From positions 21,979-85,978 of the forward strand of contig CAKQGH010000004.1 in the NCBI GenBank assembly GCA_934232895.1: a DNA stretch of 64,000 nucleotides, in the 5' to 3' direction. The DNA is from an uncultured Alphaproteobacteria bacterium (GTDB lineage: Bacteria > Pseudomonadota > Alphaproteobacteria > Rs-D84). The position numbers were made by a program, and so were the translations under genes. Shown one piece after another: positions 1 through 8,702 of this stretch (positions within the stretch are counted from its first letter, which is position 1; each line of letters starts with the position of its first letter). The notes beneath the pieces were generated by a model. That model was not told where the DNA came from. It saw only the letters and a program-made list of their open reading frames with translations, and ran no database searches.

Positions 1-2037
1 GTCGTGCGCCCCCATTTCAATTTTCGAATTATACAGCGCGCGCATCAATGCCGGATACAATGTATCCAACAACAATGTCGATTTGCCCGACCCCGACACA
101 CCCGTCAGTGCGATAAATTTTCCCAATGGGAATTCAACATCTATGTTTTTCAGGTTGTTTTCGCGCGCCCCGGTAATCGTGATTGATTTGCCGTTGCCGG
201 CGCGACGCTTTTTGGGAACATCAATCTTGCGTTTGCCGGTCAAGTATTGCGCCGTTAGTGAATCTTTGCATTTCATCACCTGTGCCGGTGTTCCGGCGGC
301 AACAACATTACCACCATTTACCCCCGCCCCACGACCAATATCGACCAAGTAATCCGCCGCACGCATGGCGTCCTCGTCATGTTCAACAACGATAACCGTG
401 TTATCCTTGTCACGCAGGGTTTTCAATGTTTCCAGCAATTTGTCATTATCACTTTGGTGCAAGCCAATGGACGGTTCATCCAATACATACAGTACGCCGG
501 ACAGGCCACTGCCAATTTGCGATGCCAGACGAATACGTTGCGCCTCGCCCCCGGACAGGGTTCCCGCCATACGCGACAATGTTAAATACCCCAGGCCAAC
601 ATTTTGTAAAAATTGCAGACGCGATGTAATTTCGCGCAGGATTACGCGCGCGATGTCGTTTTCTTTCTGGGTCAAATGGTTCGGCAAATCTGTGAACCAA
701 CGCAGCGAATCATCCACCGCCAAATCGCACGCATCCATAATATCAAAACCATTGATTTTGACGCACAATGCCTGGATATTCAGGCGTTTGCCGTGGCACA
801 TTGGGCACGGCTTTTCCGATTGGTATTTCGCCAGTTCAGATTTCATCGCCTCGGATTCCGACTCGCGCCAGCGGCGTTCAATGTTCGGGATTACACCCTC
901 GTATGGTTTTTCATAAACGAATCCGTTCCAGTTGATTTTAATCGGTTCATCCCCACTGCCATACAAAATCAAATTCTTTTGTTCGGCGGTCAATGTATGC
1001 CATGGTTTCGACAACGGAATCTTGTATTTTTTATGCAACGCATCCAACAGATGGTCGAATTGACTGAGCATACCGCCCCGCGACCATGGCGCAATTGCCC
1101 CATCCAAAATCGACTTTGACGGGTCCGGAATTACCAAATCTGGCGACATATTCAGTTGCACACCCAAACCATCGCACGCCGGGCATGCCCCCAATGGTGC
1201 ATTAAACGAAAACAGACGCGGTTCAATTTTCGGCACGGTAAAGCCGCTGACCGGGCACGCATAGTTTTGCGAATATAACACATCCTCGTTCGTGTCCAGG
1301 CGACGCACCAATACCGACCCCGGCACCAGGCGCAACGAACCCTCGAACGAAGAATACATACGACTGCGGAATTCATCCACCGCGTTGCTGTCGGCGTCCG
1401 CCGCCGGCATGGCCAAACGGTCCACAATCACAAATATGTTATGCTTTTTGTTTTTATCCAGTGCCGGCACCGACGCCAAATCGTAAAGTTCACCATCAAC
1501 AATCGCGCGCTGGTATCCCTGCTTTATCAAGAATGCAATTTCTTTCTTGTATTCACCCTTGCGCTCGCGGACCAGTGGCGCCATGATGTAAATGCGCGTG
1601 CCCGCCGGAATTTTCATGGTCCAATCAACCATTTCGGCAATAGTCTGCGATTTAATGGGTAACCCCGTCACCGGCGAATGCGGCACCCCAATACGCGCCC
1701 ACAATAAACGCAGGTAATCGTAAATCTCGGTCACCGTTCCAACGGTTGAACGTGGGTTTTTCGATGTGGTTTTTTGCTCGATGGAAATTGCCGGGGCCAA
1801 TCCCTCTATTAAATCAACATCGGGCTTTTTCTGCATATCCAAAAACTGGCGCGCATACGACGACAGCGATTCAACATAACGACGTTGACCCTCGGCATAA
1901 ATGGTATTAAATGCCAACGACGATTTGCCAGACCCAGACACGCCAGTAAAGACCACCAATTTGTTTTTTGGTATGTCCAGATCAATATTTTTAAGATTAT
2001 TTTCGCGTGCACCGCGAATTTTTATTATTCCACTCAT
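1..2037 (-). CDS. uvrA: Excinuclease ABC subunit A (UvrA), first ~679 codons; the gene runs off the window start
   Basis: Absent from the supplied ORF track because it is open at the window edge. Manual minus-strand translation from the ATG (comp. 2035-2037) gives MSGIIKIRGARENNLKNIDLDIPKNKLVVFTGVSGSGKSSLAFNTIYAEGQRRYVESLSSYARQFL... An LSGGE ABC signature lies at ~545-560 and a second GVSGSGKST Walker A at ~85-115. Confidence 0.95.
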   Translation of the reverse strand, partial: MSGIIKIRGARENNLKNIDLDIPKNKLVVFTGVSGSGKSSLAFNTIYAEGQRRYVESLSSYARQFLDMQKKPDVDLIEGLAPAISIEQKTTSKNPRSTVGTVTEIYDYLRLLWARIGVPHSPVTGLPIKSQTIAEMVDWTMKIPAGTRIYIMAPLVRERKGEYKKEIAFLIKQGYQRAIVDGELYDLASVPALDKNKKHNIFVIVDRLAMPAADADSNAVDEFRSRMYSSFEGSLRLVPGSVLVRRLDTNEDVLYSQNYACPVSGFTVPKIEPRLFSFNAPLGACPACDGLGVQLNMSPDLVIPDPSKSILDGAIAPWSRGGMLSQFDHLLDALHKKYKIPLSKPWHTLTAEQKNLILYGSGDEPIKINWNGFVYEKPYEGVIPNIERRWRESESEAMKSELAKYQSEKPCPMCHGKRLNIQALCVKINGFDIMDACDLAVDDSLRWFTDLPNHLTQKENDIARVILREITSRLQFLQNVGLGYLTLSRMAGTLSGGEAQRIRLASQIGSGLSGVLYVLDEPSIGLHQSDNDKLLETLKTLRDKDNTVIVVEHDEDAMRAADYLVDIGRGAGVNGGNVVAAGTPAQVMKCKDSLTAQYLTGKRKIDVPKKRRAGNGKSITITGARENNLKNIDVEFPLGKFIALTGVSGSGKSTLLLDTLYPALMRALYNSKIEMGAHD

Positions 2038-2110
2038 AGTAGTCGATATAGATAATTTGTCGCGATTTTCAATACAAAGGGCGAAAATTCTTTCGCCCCT
2101 GTGAATTTAT

Positions 2111-2965
2111 TTAATTGGCCGATGCCATCAATTTGTCAGGGTTCAATGAAATCCCAGATTTACGGGTGTGGTCCGCCCCCGCGCGCGGTGCCAATTTGCC
2201 ACCGACCCAAATATCAATGCCGCCGGCATTACCAAAAGTCGCCTTTTGATTCTGGGCCGCCGATACATAGTACACATCACCCGGCACCAGGACACGGCTG
2301 AACACGGTGTTGCCACGCGCATCTTCGACCTTGACCCAGGATTCATCTATCGCCTGCAAAACCACGGTGCCCTTGGCACGATTGTCGGCGCCAAAACGTT
2401 CGCGAACGGCAACTGTGAATTTCGGCTCAACGGGCGCCTGCTCTGCGGTCACCGCACCATTTGATACAACGGTTGTATCGGTTTCCGGTTGGTCGCCAGA
2501 CAATAACGATGCTACCAAAACTATGACCAAAATCAGCGCGACCATACCCGCCGCAAACCATTTCCAATGAACGCGCACGAACGCCCACAGGTGTTGAAAC
2601 CATGCGCGCAATGTCTGACCACGTCCCGCACACGCACATGCGGCACCATCATCGGCGGCGTCATCTTTATCTGAATGCGCCTGGCATTCACCAGACAGCC
2701 CCATTTCGCGCTTTAACTTTGCAACGATTTCATCCGGATCCAATCCCAATTCCATGGCGTAATTACGAGCAAAACCCAAAATATAGACCGGCTCCGGAAT
2801 CACATTGTAATTGCCGTCTTCCAGTGCCTGTAAAAATTCCTCGCGAATACACAACTGCTTTGCGATGGTTGGAATTTCGCGTTTGCGGCGACCGGTTGTG
2901 CGCGCGTTGCGCAGCATTTCGCCCGCGGTAATTTCCAACTGTGGTAAAGTATTATTTTCATTCAT
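2111..2965 (-). CDS. rodZ: RodZ-like membrane protein (N-terminal HTH, single TM, DUF4115-like C-terminal domain)
   Basis: 284-aa ORF. HTH region GEMLRNARTTGRRKREIPTIAKQLCIREEFLQALEDGNY, TM WFAAGMVALILVIVLVASLL, and C-terminal VVLQAIDESWVKVEDARGNTVFSRVLVPGDVYYV. Confidence 0.7.
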   Translation of the reverse strand: MNENNTLPQLEITAGEMLRNARTTGRRKREIPTIAKQLCIREEFLQALEDGNYNVIPEPVYILGFARNYAMELGLDPDEIVAKLKREMGLSGECQAHSDKDDAADDGAACACAGRGQTLRAWFQHLWAFVRVHWKWFAAGMVALILVIVLVASLLSGDQPETDTTVVSNGAVTAEQAPVEPKFTVAVRERFGADNRAKGTVVLQAIDESWVKVEDARGNTVFSRVLVPGDVYYVSAAQNQKATFGNAGGIDIWVGGKLAPRAGADHTRKSGISLNPDKLMASAN

Positions 2966-2990
2966 AGTTGTTTTTCCTTGTTATGCACTA

Positions 2991-3923
2991 TCATAAACCT
3001 ATATTTTCCAGGTCGCAACCCCAAAATTCACGAATTGCATCACGCAGTGCATCCGCATCGGTAATTTGGTTTACCCATATGCGAAAACCCGCCGAATTTG
3101 GACGCCCCGCCGAATACCATGCGGCATGTTTCCGAAACATGGGCACCGCCACCGCCGCGCCATAGTATTCGATTGCATATTCCAAATGTTGCAACACCAC
3201 ACGCCCGACATTGTCCGGTGCGCATTCGCGCCCCGCAATTTGCCCCAGCACCCATGGCCGCCCCAACATTGCACGCCCAATCATCACACCCGCATAGCCC
3301 AAATTTTCCATGTCGGCGGCATCCGCCGCGGTTGCAATATCACCATTTGCAATAATCGGAATCGGCGCGTCCGAAACATCGGGATGCACCGCCGGGCCAA
3401 CATATAATTGGGCCCGTGTCCGCCCATGCAATGTTGCAAACCGAACCCCAGAATCCGCGGCAATATGTACCAGTTCACACCAATCACGATGCGCATCGTC
3501 CCACCCCAGTCGGGTTTTGACCGACACCGGAATATCAACCGCGCGCACCACCGCCGCCATTATTTTACCGGCCAACGCATGGTCCCGCATCAGGTACGCC
3601 CCCGCCCCGGCACGCGTTGCAACCTTGGGCACAGGACAGCCCATATTTATATCAATCCACCGCGCACCCGCGTCCTGTAAAATACGCGCCGCGTCGGCCA
3701 TTAAATTCACATCGGCACCAAAAATCTGGGCACCTATGGGCCCCTCATCATCATATCGGTCGAAATTGCGCGGACAATTTTTATGTGCCGCAACCAACGA
3801 ATGGCACGAAATCATTTCCGTCACCAGCGGTGCATTTGGTGCAAACGCGCGCAAGACCCGCCGAAACGGCCGGTCGGTAATTCCCGCCAATGGTGCAGCA
3901 AAAATTTGATTATCACTAAACAT
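2991..3923 (-). CDS. tRNA-dihydrouridine synthase (Dus family)
   Basis: FAAPLAGITDRPFRRVLRAF..., DINMGCPVPKV and TLHGRT motifs of Dus/NifR3 enzymes. Start moved to the internal ATG (MFSDNQIF, comp. 3921-3923) because the longer ORF to 4070 overlaps the divergent ftsB gene. Confidence 0.85.
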   Translation of the reverse strand: MFSDNQIFAAPLAGITDRPFRRVLRAFAPNAPLVTEMISCHSLVAAHKNCPRNFDRYDDEGPIGAQIFGADVNLMADAARILQDAGARWIDINMGCPVPKVATRAGAGAYLMRDHALAGKIMAAVVRAVDIPVSVKTRLGWDDAHRDWCELVHIAADSGVRFATLHGRTRAQLYVGPAVHPDVSDAPIPIIANGDIATAADAADMENLGYAGVMIGRAMLGRPWVLGQIAGRECAPDNVGRVVLQHLEYAIEYYGAAVAVPMFRKHAAWYSAGRPNSAGFRIWVNQITDADALRDAIREFWGCDLENIGL

Positions 3924-3933
3924 TTGTGATATA

Positions 3934-4269
3934 ATGGCACCGATGAAGGAAAAAATCAAAAATTTCTTTGGGTTTATTGGGCGCGCCTGGGATGCCAGTT
4001 GGCGCGGCAAAATCGGCGTTTTAATGGTCGCATTTGCGCTGTTTATGTTTGTACGCATATTTTGGGGCACGGTGAATGTTCAGCGGTTTATTGTAAATAT
4101 ATGGCGCCTGGATGTCGAGCAAACCGAATTGGCGACCCAGCGCGAAAAACTGGACGCCATAAACCGCCACATTGAATTATTACAATCGGCCAGCCCCGAT
4201 TATGTCCAGGAACTGGGGTTGAAATACCTGAACATTGGTGACCCAAAATTCAAGATTTTGAAAATATAG
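3934..4269 (+). CDS. ftsB: Septum formation initiator family protein (FtsB/DivIC-like)
   Basis: 111 aa. Single N-terminal TM (IGVLMVAFALFMFVRIFWG) followed by a coiled coil (EQTELATQREKLDAINRHIELLQ) and DYVQELGLKYLN. Followed by a hairpin terminator. Confidence 0.7.
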   Translation: MAPMKEKIKNFFGFIGRAWDASWRGKIGVLMVAFALFMFVRIFWGTVNVQRFIVNIWRLDVEQTELATQREKLDAINRHIELLQSASPDYVQELGLKYLNIGDPKFKILKI

Positions 4270-4275
4270 CCATTA

Positions 4276-4305
4276 AAAATCCCCGCACTTGCGGGGGTTT
4301 TTTTA
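4276..4305. terminator. Bidirectional rho-independent terminator between the convergent ftsB and tspO genes
   Basis: AAAAA-TCCCCGC-ACTT-GCGGGGG-TTTTTTT; GC stem flanked by an A-run and a T-run. Confidence 0.8.
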
Positions 4306-4776
4306 ATTCAACAAAATAATCATAACATTCAGGTATGTCGCAAACAGCATCCATAATAAATATGGCCACAGTAAATACGACGCCCATTTGTCGAAAACAT
4401 GAAACGCACTCATCATCCAAATGGTAATGCCAATCAGACCGATTAAAACTATCAATGCCGCACCTGCCAAATGCAGTCCAAAGAACATATACGACCACAT
4501 TGCATTCAACACCATTTGAACCAAAAACAGCAAGTATGCCGGCGTTTTCGAACGGCGTGTTTTGTCGTTGCGTATGACCAAGAATAACGCCACACCAATC
4601 AATGCGTATAATATCGTCCACGCCAGCGCAAACACCCACCCATCGGGCGTCAGTACCGATTTGCTCAACGCATTATACCAAACATCGGACGGCCCATGTG
4701 GTGAAAACATGGCACCAATAACACCGGGAATAAACGCCAACACCATGGCCAAAATAAATTGAAATACGCGTCGCAT
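4303..4776 (-). CDS. tspO: TspO/MBR family tryptophan-rich sensory protein
   Basis: Five-TM, Trp-rich protein. WYNALSKSVLTPDGWVFALAWTILY and LLWPYLLWMLFATYLN match the TspO signature. Start set at MRRVFQF (comp. 4774-4776), preceded by an AGGAGA RBS. Confidence 0.85.
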   Translation of the reverse strand: MRRVFQFILAMVLAFIPGVIGAMFSPHGPSDVWYNALSKSVLTPDGWVFALAWTILYALIGVALFLVIRNDKTRRSKTPAYLLFLVQMVLNAMWSYMFFGLHLAGAALIVLIGLIGITIWMMSAFHVFDKWASYLLWPYLLWMLFATYLNVMIILLN

Positions 4777-4908
4777 GTATGCTCTCCTTTGAACTCTGAT
4801 ACCCAAATTATACCGCGCACCCCGCCCCACCCGCCACAGGAACGATTTCCCGGGCGCATTTATACAAAACTTGAAATTTTCCGAAAGATAGTATAGAATA
4901 GCGACCGT

Positions 4909-4985
4909 GCGCCCTTAGCCCAGCTGGATAGAGCATCGGATTTCTAATCCGCAGGTCGCAGGTTCGAATCCTGCAGGGCGCGCCA
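4909..4985 (+). tRNA. tRNA-Arg (anticodon TCT)
   Basis: GCGCCCTTAGCCCAGCTGGATAGAGCATCGGATTTCTAATCCGCAGGTCGCAGGTTCGAATCCTGCAGGGCGCGCCA. 7-bp acceptor stem, TTCGAAT T-loop, anticodon loop TTTCTAA, encoded CCA. A hairpin terminator follows at ~4993-5032. Confidence 0.93.
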
Positions 4986-5092
4986 GAAATAAAGAATACC
5001 CACGGTGCGAAACCGTGGGGATTTTTTATTTTGTGCAAGTCTCAGGATTTGAACCTGCGAATAAGCGGTTCGACCCGCCGCAAATTTGCTTA

Positions 5093-7018
5093 TTAGAAAC
5101 CGATAAAAAATGATAGAGAAAAACTTTCTATGGCACCTATCGTACGTTGACCTGTGCCATTCTGTATTTCGCCCCGGAACACCCATACATAGTCCGATGC
5201 ATGATGGTCGTCATACGGATCGCTTTCTATGTATACTGGCTGACTATTAAAACTATATGGAAGATTTATCGCCTTGCCACTGGTCAGATATTGCATTCTG
5301 ACACCATACAATTTTCCTAGGTTTACTTGGACACCGGCTCCGAAGCGAAATACCGTTGCGCGCATAGAGCCAGTTGTAGCACGCAGATATTTGCTTGATT
5401 CTATTTCACCGCTCAAAAAACCTATTGCACCAATACCATAAATATAGACATCTTCATAAGCAATTAAACCAAAGTTACCATAAACCGGCTCATTATACGA
5501 CCAATTGACAACCTGGGCCTTTGGTGTGATGATAGGATTTTCTGGCTCGGAAAAATACCCCCAAAAACTATCTATTCCGGTGTGTTTACCATCATGATAC
5601 TTATTAAATCTTAACATTTGACATGTTTTGCCGGCAGGACACGGGCGACCATTATACATATCTGAAAGTGGGACGAATTCGTATTTATAATAGTCATATG
5701 CGACGGTTGTTGGTTGAACATCCATTTTTTCCAATTGCAAACCGAGTGCCGCACGAACGCCGAATTTGTTGTTTATACGCATCCTCGTTCCCAACTCAAA
5801 ACCAGCATCAACACTTGTGCCATAATTTGAATATGTTCCCCCCAGGAATGCCAGACCCGCAAAGGCAAGTCGACCTTGAGCCCAATTACTATTGTCCTTG
5901 CTAAATGTACGAACACCAGACGAATAGTATGTTGTTTGACCGCCAGTCACAGATACGGATTCTGATATATCAACAAAATCTTTCTTTGAAAACACAACAC
6001 GATGCTTATCATCTGGAGACAATTCGCCGGTGATGTTACCTTTTATCTTGGTACCATCAACTGATACACTGACACCAGGATTGCGCTTTTTGAATGCGGA
6101 AAAATCTATCTTGCCGGGCAATTTATCCATGCTGATAGTGTATTCACTGTCCGAGTATTTTGAAAATGTGCGTGCCTTTGTTATCTTAGTAGCCTCGGGG
6201 TTGTTGGCAGTGATTGTTTGTTCTATGCCCAATGGTGCATTAAATTTCACAGGTTCAACGCCGTGGTCAACACCATTAATGGAAATTCTGGAATTACCCA
6301 AACTGGTACGAACAGTTATGCGTTTGGTATCACGTTTTAATGTTTTTGATACTCGAACCTTGTTTTGTACAATCAATTTTTCCTGAACATCTGCATAGTT
6401 TTCTTTCGTAATTTCCAGTGTGTGCTTCCCGTTGCAAACATTGCCAAATTTAATGGGTGATGTACCTTGATATTTACCGTTGTCTAATGTGACAAATGCA
6501 TTTGCCGGTGTTGTAATAATTTCAACTGGTGCACCGCGACAACTGGTGTCGCCAGCAACCTCGGTAAAAACTATCGACCCAGATGCAGACGCTGGCAATT
6601 TTGCCAGACGCTGCTTTTCTTTTTGAAATTCTCGTTGGGAATAGCGATATTGCACACAACCTACCCAGCCACCAGATTCTTTATCAACATCGCCTTTTTG
6701 ACGTTCCAACCCCTTTAATGATAATGTGCCAATAGACCGCTCATATGACCGGGTTGTGCCTGCGCTGGTGGTTTCATCGGCATAAAATTCGGATTGCACA
6801 TTCAGCGCAACACCAAATAGACGCCCAAGTTGGCTGTCTATATCACGTTCTGCCTTGTTGGCGGCATCACTGACACTGGTGTCTGAATATGTTTTTGCAA
6901 CCAAATACTTATATTTTGTATCATCGGTTGGGGTGCTAGTGGCCCAATCGCATTTATTGGCAAAGGCCGACGTGGTGCACAAAATCATTCCATACGCAAA
7001 AATGGCAATCCGTTTCAT
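5093..7018 (-). CDS. Outer-membrane protein with PEGA-like repeats and a C-terminal beta-barrel-like region
   Basis: Signal peptide MKRIAIFAYGMILCTTSAFA. PEGA-type segments (VEIITTPANAFVTLDNGKYQGTSPIKF, ITVRTSLGNSRISINGVDHG). Gly/aromatic-rich C-terminal half ending in the OMP-like ...SFFIGF. GGGGGA RBS before the ATG at comp. 7016-7018. Confidence 0.7.
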   Translation of the reverse strand: MKRIAIFAYGMILCTTSAFANKCDWATSTPTDDTKYKYLVAKTYSDTSVSDAANKAERDIDSQLGRLFGVALNVQSEFYADETTSAGTTRSYERSIGTLSLKGLERQKGDVDKESGGWVGCVQYRYSQREFQKEKQRLAKLPASASGSIVFTEVAGDTSCRGAPVEIITTPANAFVTLDNGKYQGTSPIKFGNVCNGKHTLEITKENYADVQEKLIVQNKVRVSKTLKRDTKRITVRTSLGNSRISINGVDHGVEPVKFNAPLGIEQTITANNPEATKITKARTFSKYSDSEYTISMDKLPGKIDFSAFKKRNPGVSVSVDGTKIKGNITGELSPDDKHRVVFSKKDFVDISESVSVTGGQTTYYSSGVRTFSKDNSNWAQGRLAFAGLAFLGGTYSNYGTSVDAGFELGTRMRINNKFGVRAALGLQLEKMDVQPTTVAYDYYKYEFVPLSDMYNGRPCPAGKTCQMLRFNKYHDGKHTGIDSFWGYFSEPENPIITPKAQVVNWSYNEPVYGNFGLIAYEDVYIYGIGAIGFLSGEIESSKYLRATTGSMRATVFRFGAGVQVNLGKLYGVRMQYLTSGKAINLPYSFNSQPVYIESDPYDDHHASDYVWVFRGEIQNGTGQRTIGAIESFSLSFFIGF

Positions 7019-7034
7019 TTTTATTCCCCCAGAA

Positions 7035-7637
7035 TTATTGTTCAGACACAATGGTGTACTGCTCGCGAACCATGGCATCCCATTGCTGTGCGGCTTTCTT
7101 TTTCAGGTCATCTGATATACCCTTGCTGCCGTTCAGTGTGCGGTCTATTGCCTTTTTCATGTCGGCTTCACTGATTTTGACGCGTGCATATACAGAATAA
7201 AACATCTCTTTGTCATTATCGGCACTGACAGTACTCAAAACCTTTTCCCAATAACGATCGCTGACAACCGCCTTGGACATCAAAGCCTTGGCAGACTCTG
7301 TGCTAACAAATTGAACCTGGGCCGTGTCATATGTCGTGCCTTCCTCTGCGTTCTGGAACATGTATGTCAGATTCTGGTTTATTGCGCCCGCAATGGCATT
7401 TTTCGCATTATTTTCAGCGATTCTGTATCCCATAGAGATATTAGCTTTTTCAGCTGGAATTCGTGTCTCCCCCAAGAAATACAGGTCAGAGCCCTTTTTC
7501 GTCAGTGGTGTGCTTTCTTTTGCCCAGCTTGGTCGGCGACTCATATCGTCACTGCGTGCGATAACTTTGTCCGACATACCACCGCCACATGCGGCCAATA
7601 ATGCGGCCATAGACGCCGCAATTATAGATTTTTTCAT
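7035..7637 (-). CDS. Lipoprotein of unknown function, first gene of a two-gene operon with the PEGA OMP
   Basis: MKKSIIAASMAALLAAC|GGG is a signal peptide plus lipobox. The stop lies 17 bp upstream of the next gene's start. Confidence 0.7.
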   Translation of the reverse strand: MKKSIIAASMAALLAACGGGMSDKVIARSDDMSRRPSWAKESTPLTKKGSDLYFLGETRIPAEKANISMGYRIAENNAKNAIAGAINQNLTYMFQNAEEGTTYDTAQVQFVSTESAKALMSKAVVSDRYWEKVLSTVSADNDKEMFYSVYARVKISEADMKKAIDRTLNGSKGISDDLKKKAAQQWDAMVREQYTIVSEQ

Positions 7638-7834
7638 GTTCTTTCCCTTTGGTTGTAAAAACACCCGACGGAGCGGGTGGTTGGAGGTTCAGAACTATAA
7701 TGCGTTGAAAATAGCGGGCTTATTCTTATATATCGCCACCCTCCAACCATCGGTTGGAGGTATTTTTTGTCCCCACGGACACAACGCATAAACGGGTTCT
7801 GACGCCCCAACACGGCATCGCCATGTCGTCATAC
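7638..7834 (-). promoter_or_regulatory. Long structured 5' leader with a terminator-like hairpin (possible attenuator)
   Basis: Read on the minus strand: CCTCCAACC-GAT-GGTTGGAGG (comp. 7740-7760), a third CCTCCAACC (comp. 7679-7687), then CACCCG-CTCCGT-CGGGTG-TTTTT (comp. 7657-7679) about 19 nt before the start codon. Confidence 0.4.
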
Positions 7835-7862
7835 ATTTTATCATTGATGCGAATTTTTTCAA
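7835..7862 (-). promoter_or_regulatory. Putative sigma70 promoter of the lipoprotein/PEGA-OMP operon
   Basis: Minus strand TTGAAA (comp. 7857-7862), 16-nt spacer, TAAAAT (comp. 7835-7840). Confidence 0.45.
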
Positions 7863-7880
7863 GGTGATAATTAAGGCCAC

Positions 7881-7914
7881 AAAAAAATCCCGCCAGTTTG
7901 GCGGGGATTTTTTA
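7881..7914. terminator. Hairpin terminator, copy 1 of a duplicated hairpin bracketing the zeta-toxin cassette
   Basis: AAAAAAA-TCCCGCC-AGTT-TGGCGGGGA-TTTTTT. Near-identical to 8654-8685. Confidence 0.75.
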
Positions 7915-7924
7915 TCAGAAACTC

Positions 7925-8053
7925 TTATAATCTAACCTCGGTCAATTTACCATTTACAACATACGGAACAGGCACGCCGGCTTTCTTGGCGGCATGGCGC
8001 GCACCACGAACCCCACGTCTGGCCAGGCGTTGTATTTTTTCCGATAAATTCAA
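7925..8053 (-). CDS. Small ORF (42 aa, TTG start) immediately downstream of the zeta-toxin-like gene; possible partner or antitoxin
   Basis: Too short for the ORF track. Manual translation: (M/L)NLSEKIQRLARRGVRGARHAAKKAGVPVPYVVNGKLTEVRL*. It starts 7 nt after the toxin stop and ends just before the hairpin terminator. No homology was recognised. Confidence 0.3.
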   Translation of the reverse strand: MNLSEKIQRLARRGVRGARHAAKKAGVPVPYVVNGKLTEVRL

Positions 8054-8060
8054 CCGACTT

Positions 8061-8615
8061 TTAGTCACTTTTCATACCCTTGAATTTATTATAGACACGT
8101 TCATTTACAATTTCAAGTCGTTTTGAATCACTGCGTGCGACCAACTCAAAACGTTCACCGCCATTATAATATAATTCCCAATATTTAACGTTTGGTATCG
8201 TTTTCCAAAAATTATTCAAACTACGTTTATATCGACGAATTACATCAACCGTTGGCACATTATGCCCGCCTAACTTGACCCGCATTTTAATTCTGGCGAT
8301 GTTTTGTTTAACCGTTTCAAGGAAAATATATACAAACACAATATCGTAATGTTCCTGTTTGGCCCGTTCTATGGCACGCAAATGATATAACCCAGAAATT
8401 GTTGATTCCAACACGAATGAACATCCGCCACGAAATAATTCATCCATCTGGGATAATAATATTTTGCCGGATTGGATACCTATTTTATCATTCAGGTTCT
8501 TGGCTATCTCGTCTGCATTCAGAAAGGTAATATCGTCTTCCCTGACTATTTCTTTGGCTAACGTTGTCTTACCACTGCCATTTGGGCCGGCTATAATATA
8601 CATTATCTTGCTCAT
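8061..8615 (-). CDS. Zeta-toxin-like / AAA_33-type P-loop kinase
   Basis: MSKIMYIIAGPNGSGKTTLAKEI... has an N-terminal Walker A. The ~185-aa size and ...VFVYIFLETVKQNIARIKMRVKLGGHNVP... fit zeta-toxin-family ATPases. The region is visibly AT-rich. An extended -10 (TGCTATAAT, comp. 8623-8631) ends 7 nt before the ATG. Confidence 0.7.
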   Translation of the reverse strand: MSKIMYIIAGPNGSGKTTLAKEIVREDDITFLNADEIAKNLNDKIGIQSGKILLSQMDELFRGGCSFVLESTISGLYHLRAIERAKQEHYDIVFVYIFLETVKQNIARIKMRVKLGGHNVPTVDVIRRYKRSLNNFWKTIPNVKYWELYYNGGERFELVARSDSKRLEIVNERVYNKFKGMKSD

Positions 8616-8653
8616 GGTTGGTATTATAGCATAAAATACCCTTTGTTTCACAT

Positions 8654-8685
8654 AAAAATCCCCGCCAGTTTGGCGGGGTGTTTTA
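8654..8685 (-). terminator. Terminator of hdeD-like gene; copy 2 of the duplicated hairpin
   Basis: AAAAA-TCCCCGCC-AGTT-TGGCGGGG-TGTTTTA. Same stem and loop as 7881-7914. Confidence 0.7.
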
Positions 8686-8702
8686 TAGTTTTTTGTTGTT
8701 TA

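Noticed and set aside
2038-2110. SOS (LexA) operator upstream of uvrA, and likewise upstream of ssb (10272-10340)
   Set aside because: No GTTC-N7-GTTC (alphaproteobacterial) or CTGT-N8-ACAG (gammaproteobacterial) box was seen. Region 2060-2100 is better explained as the rodZ-like terminator hairpin.
7673-7760. A third invertible element formed by GGTTGGAGG/CCTCCAACC repeats upstream of the lipoprotein operon
   Set aside because: The repeats are only 9-12 bp. The enclosed segment has no convincing complete promoter in either orientation. The arrangement is better explained as alternative RNA hairpins in a 5' leader.
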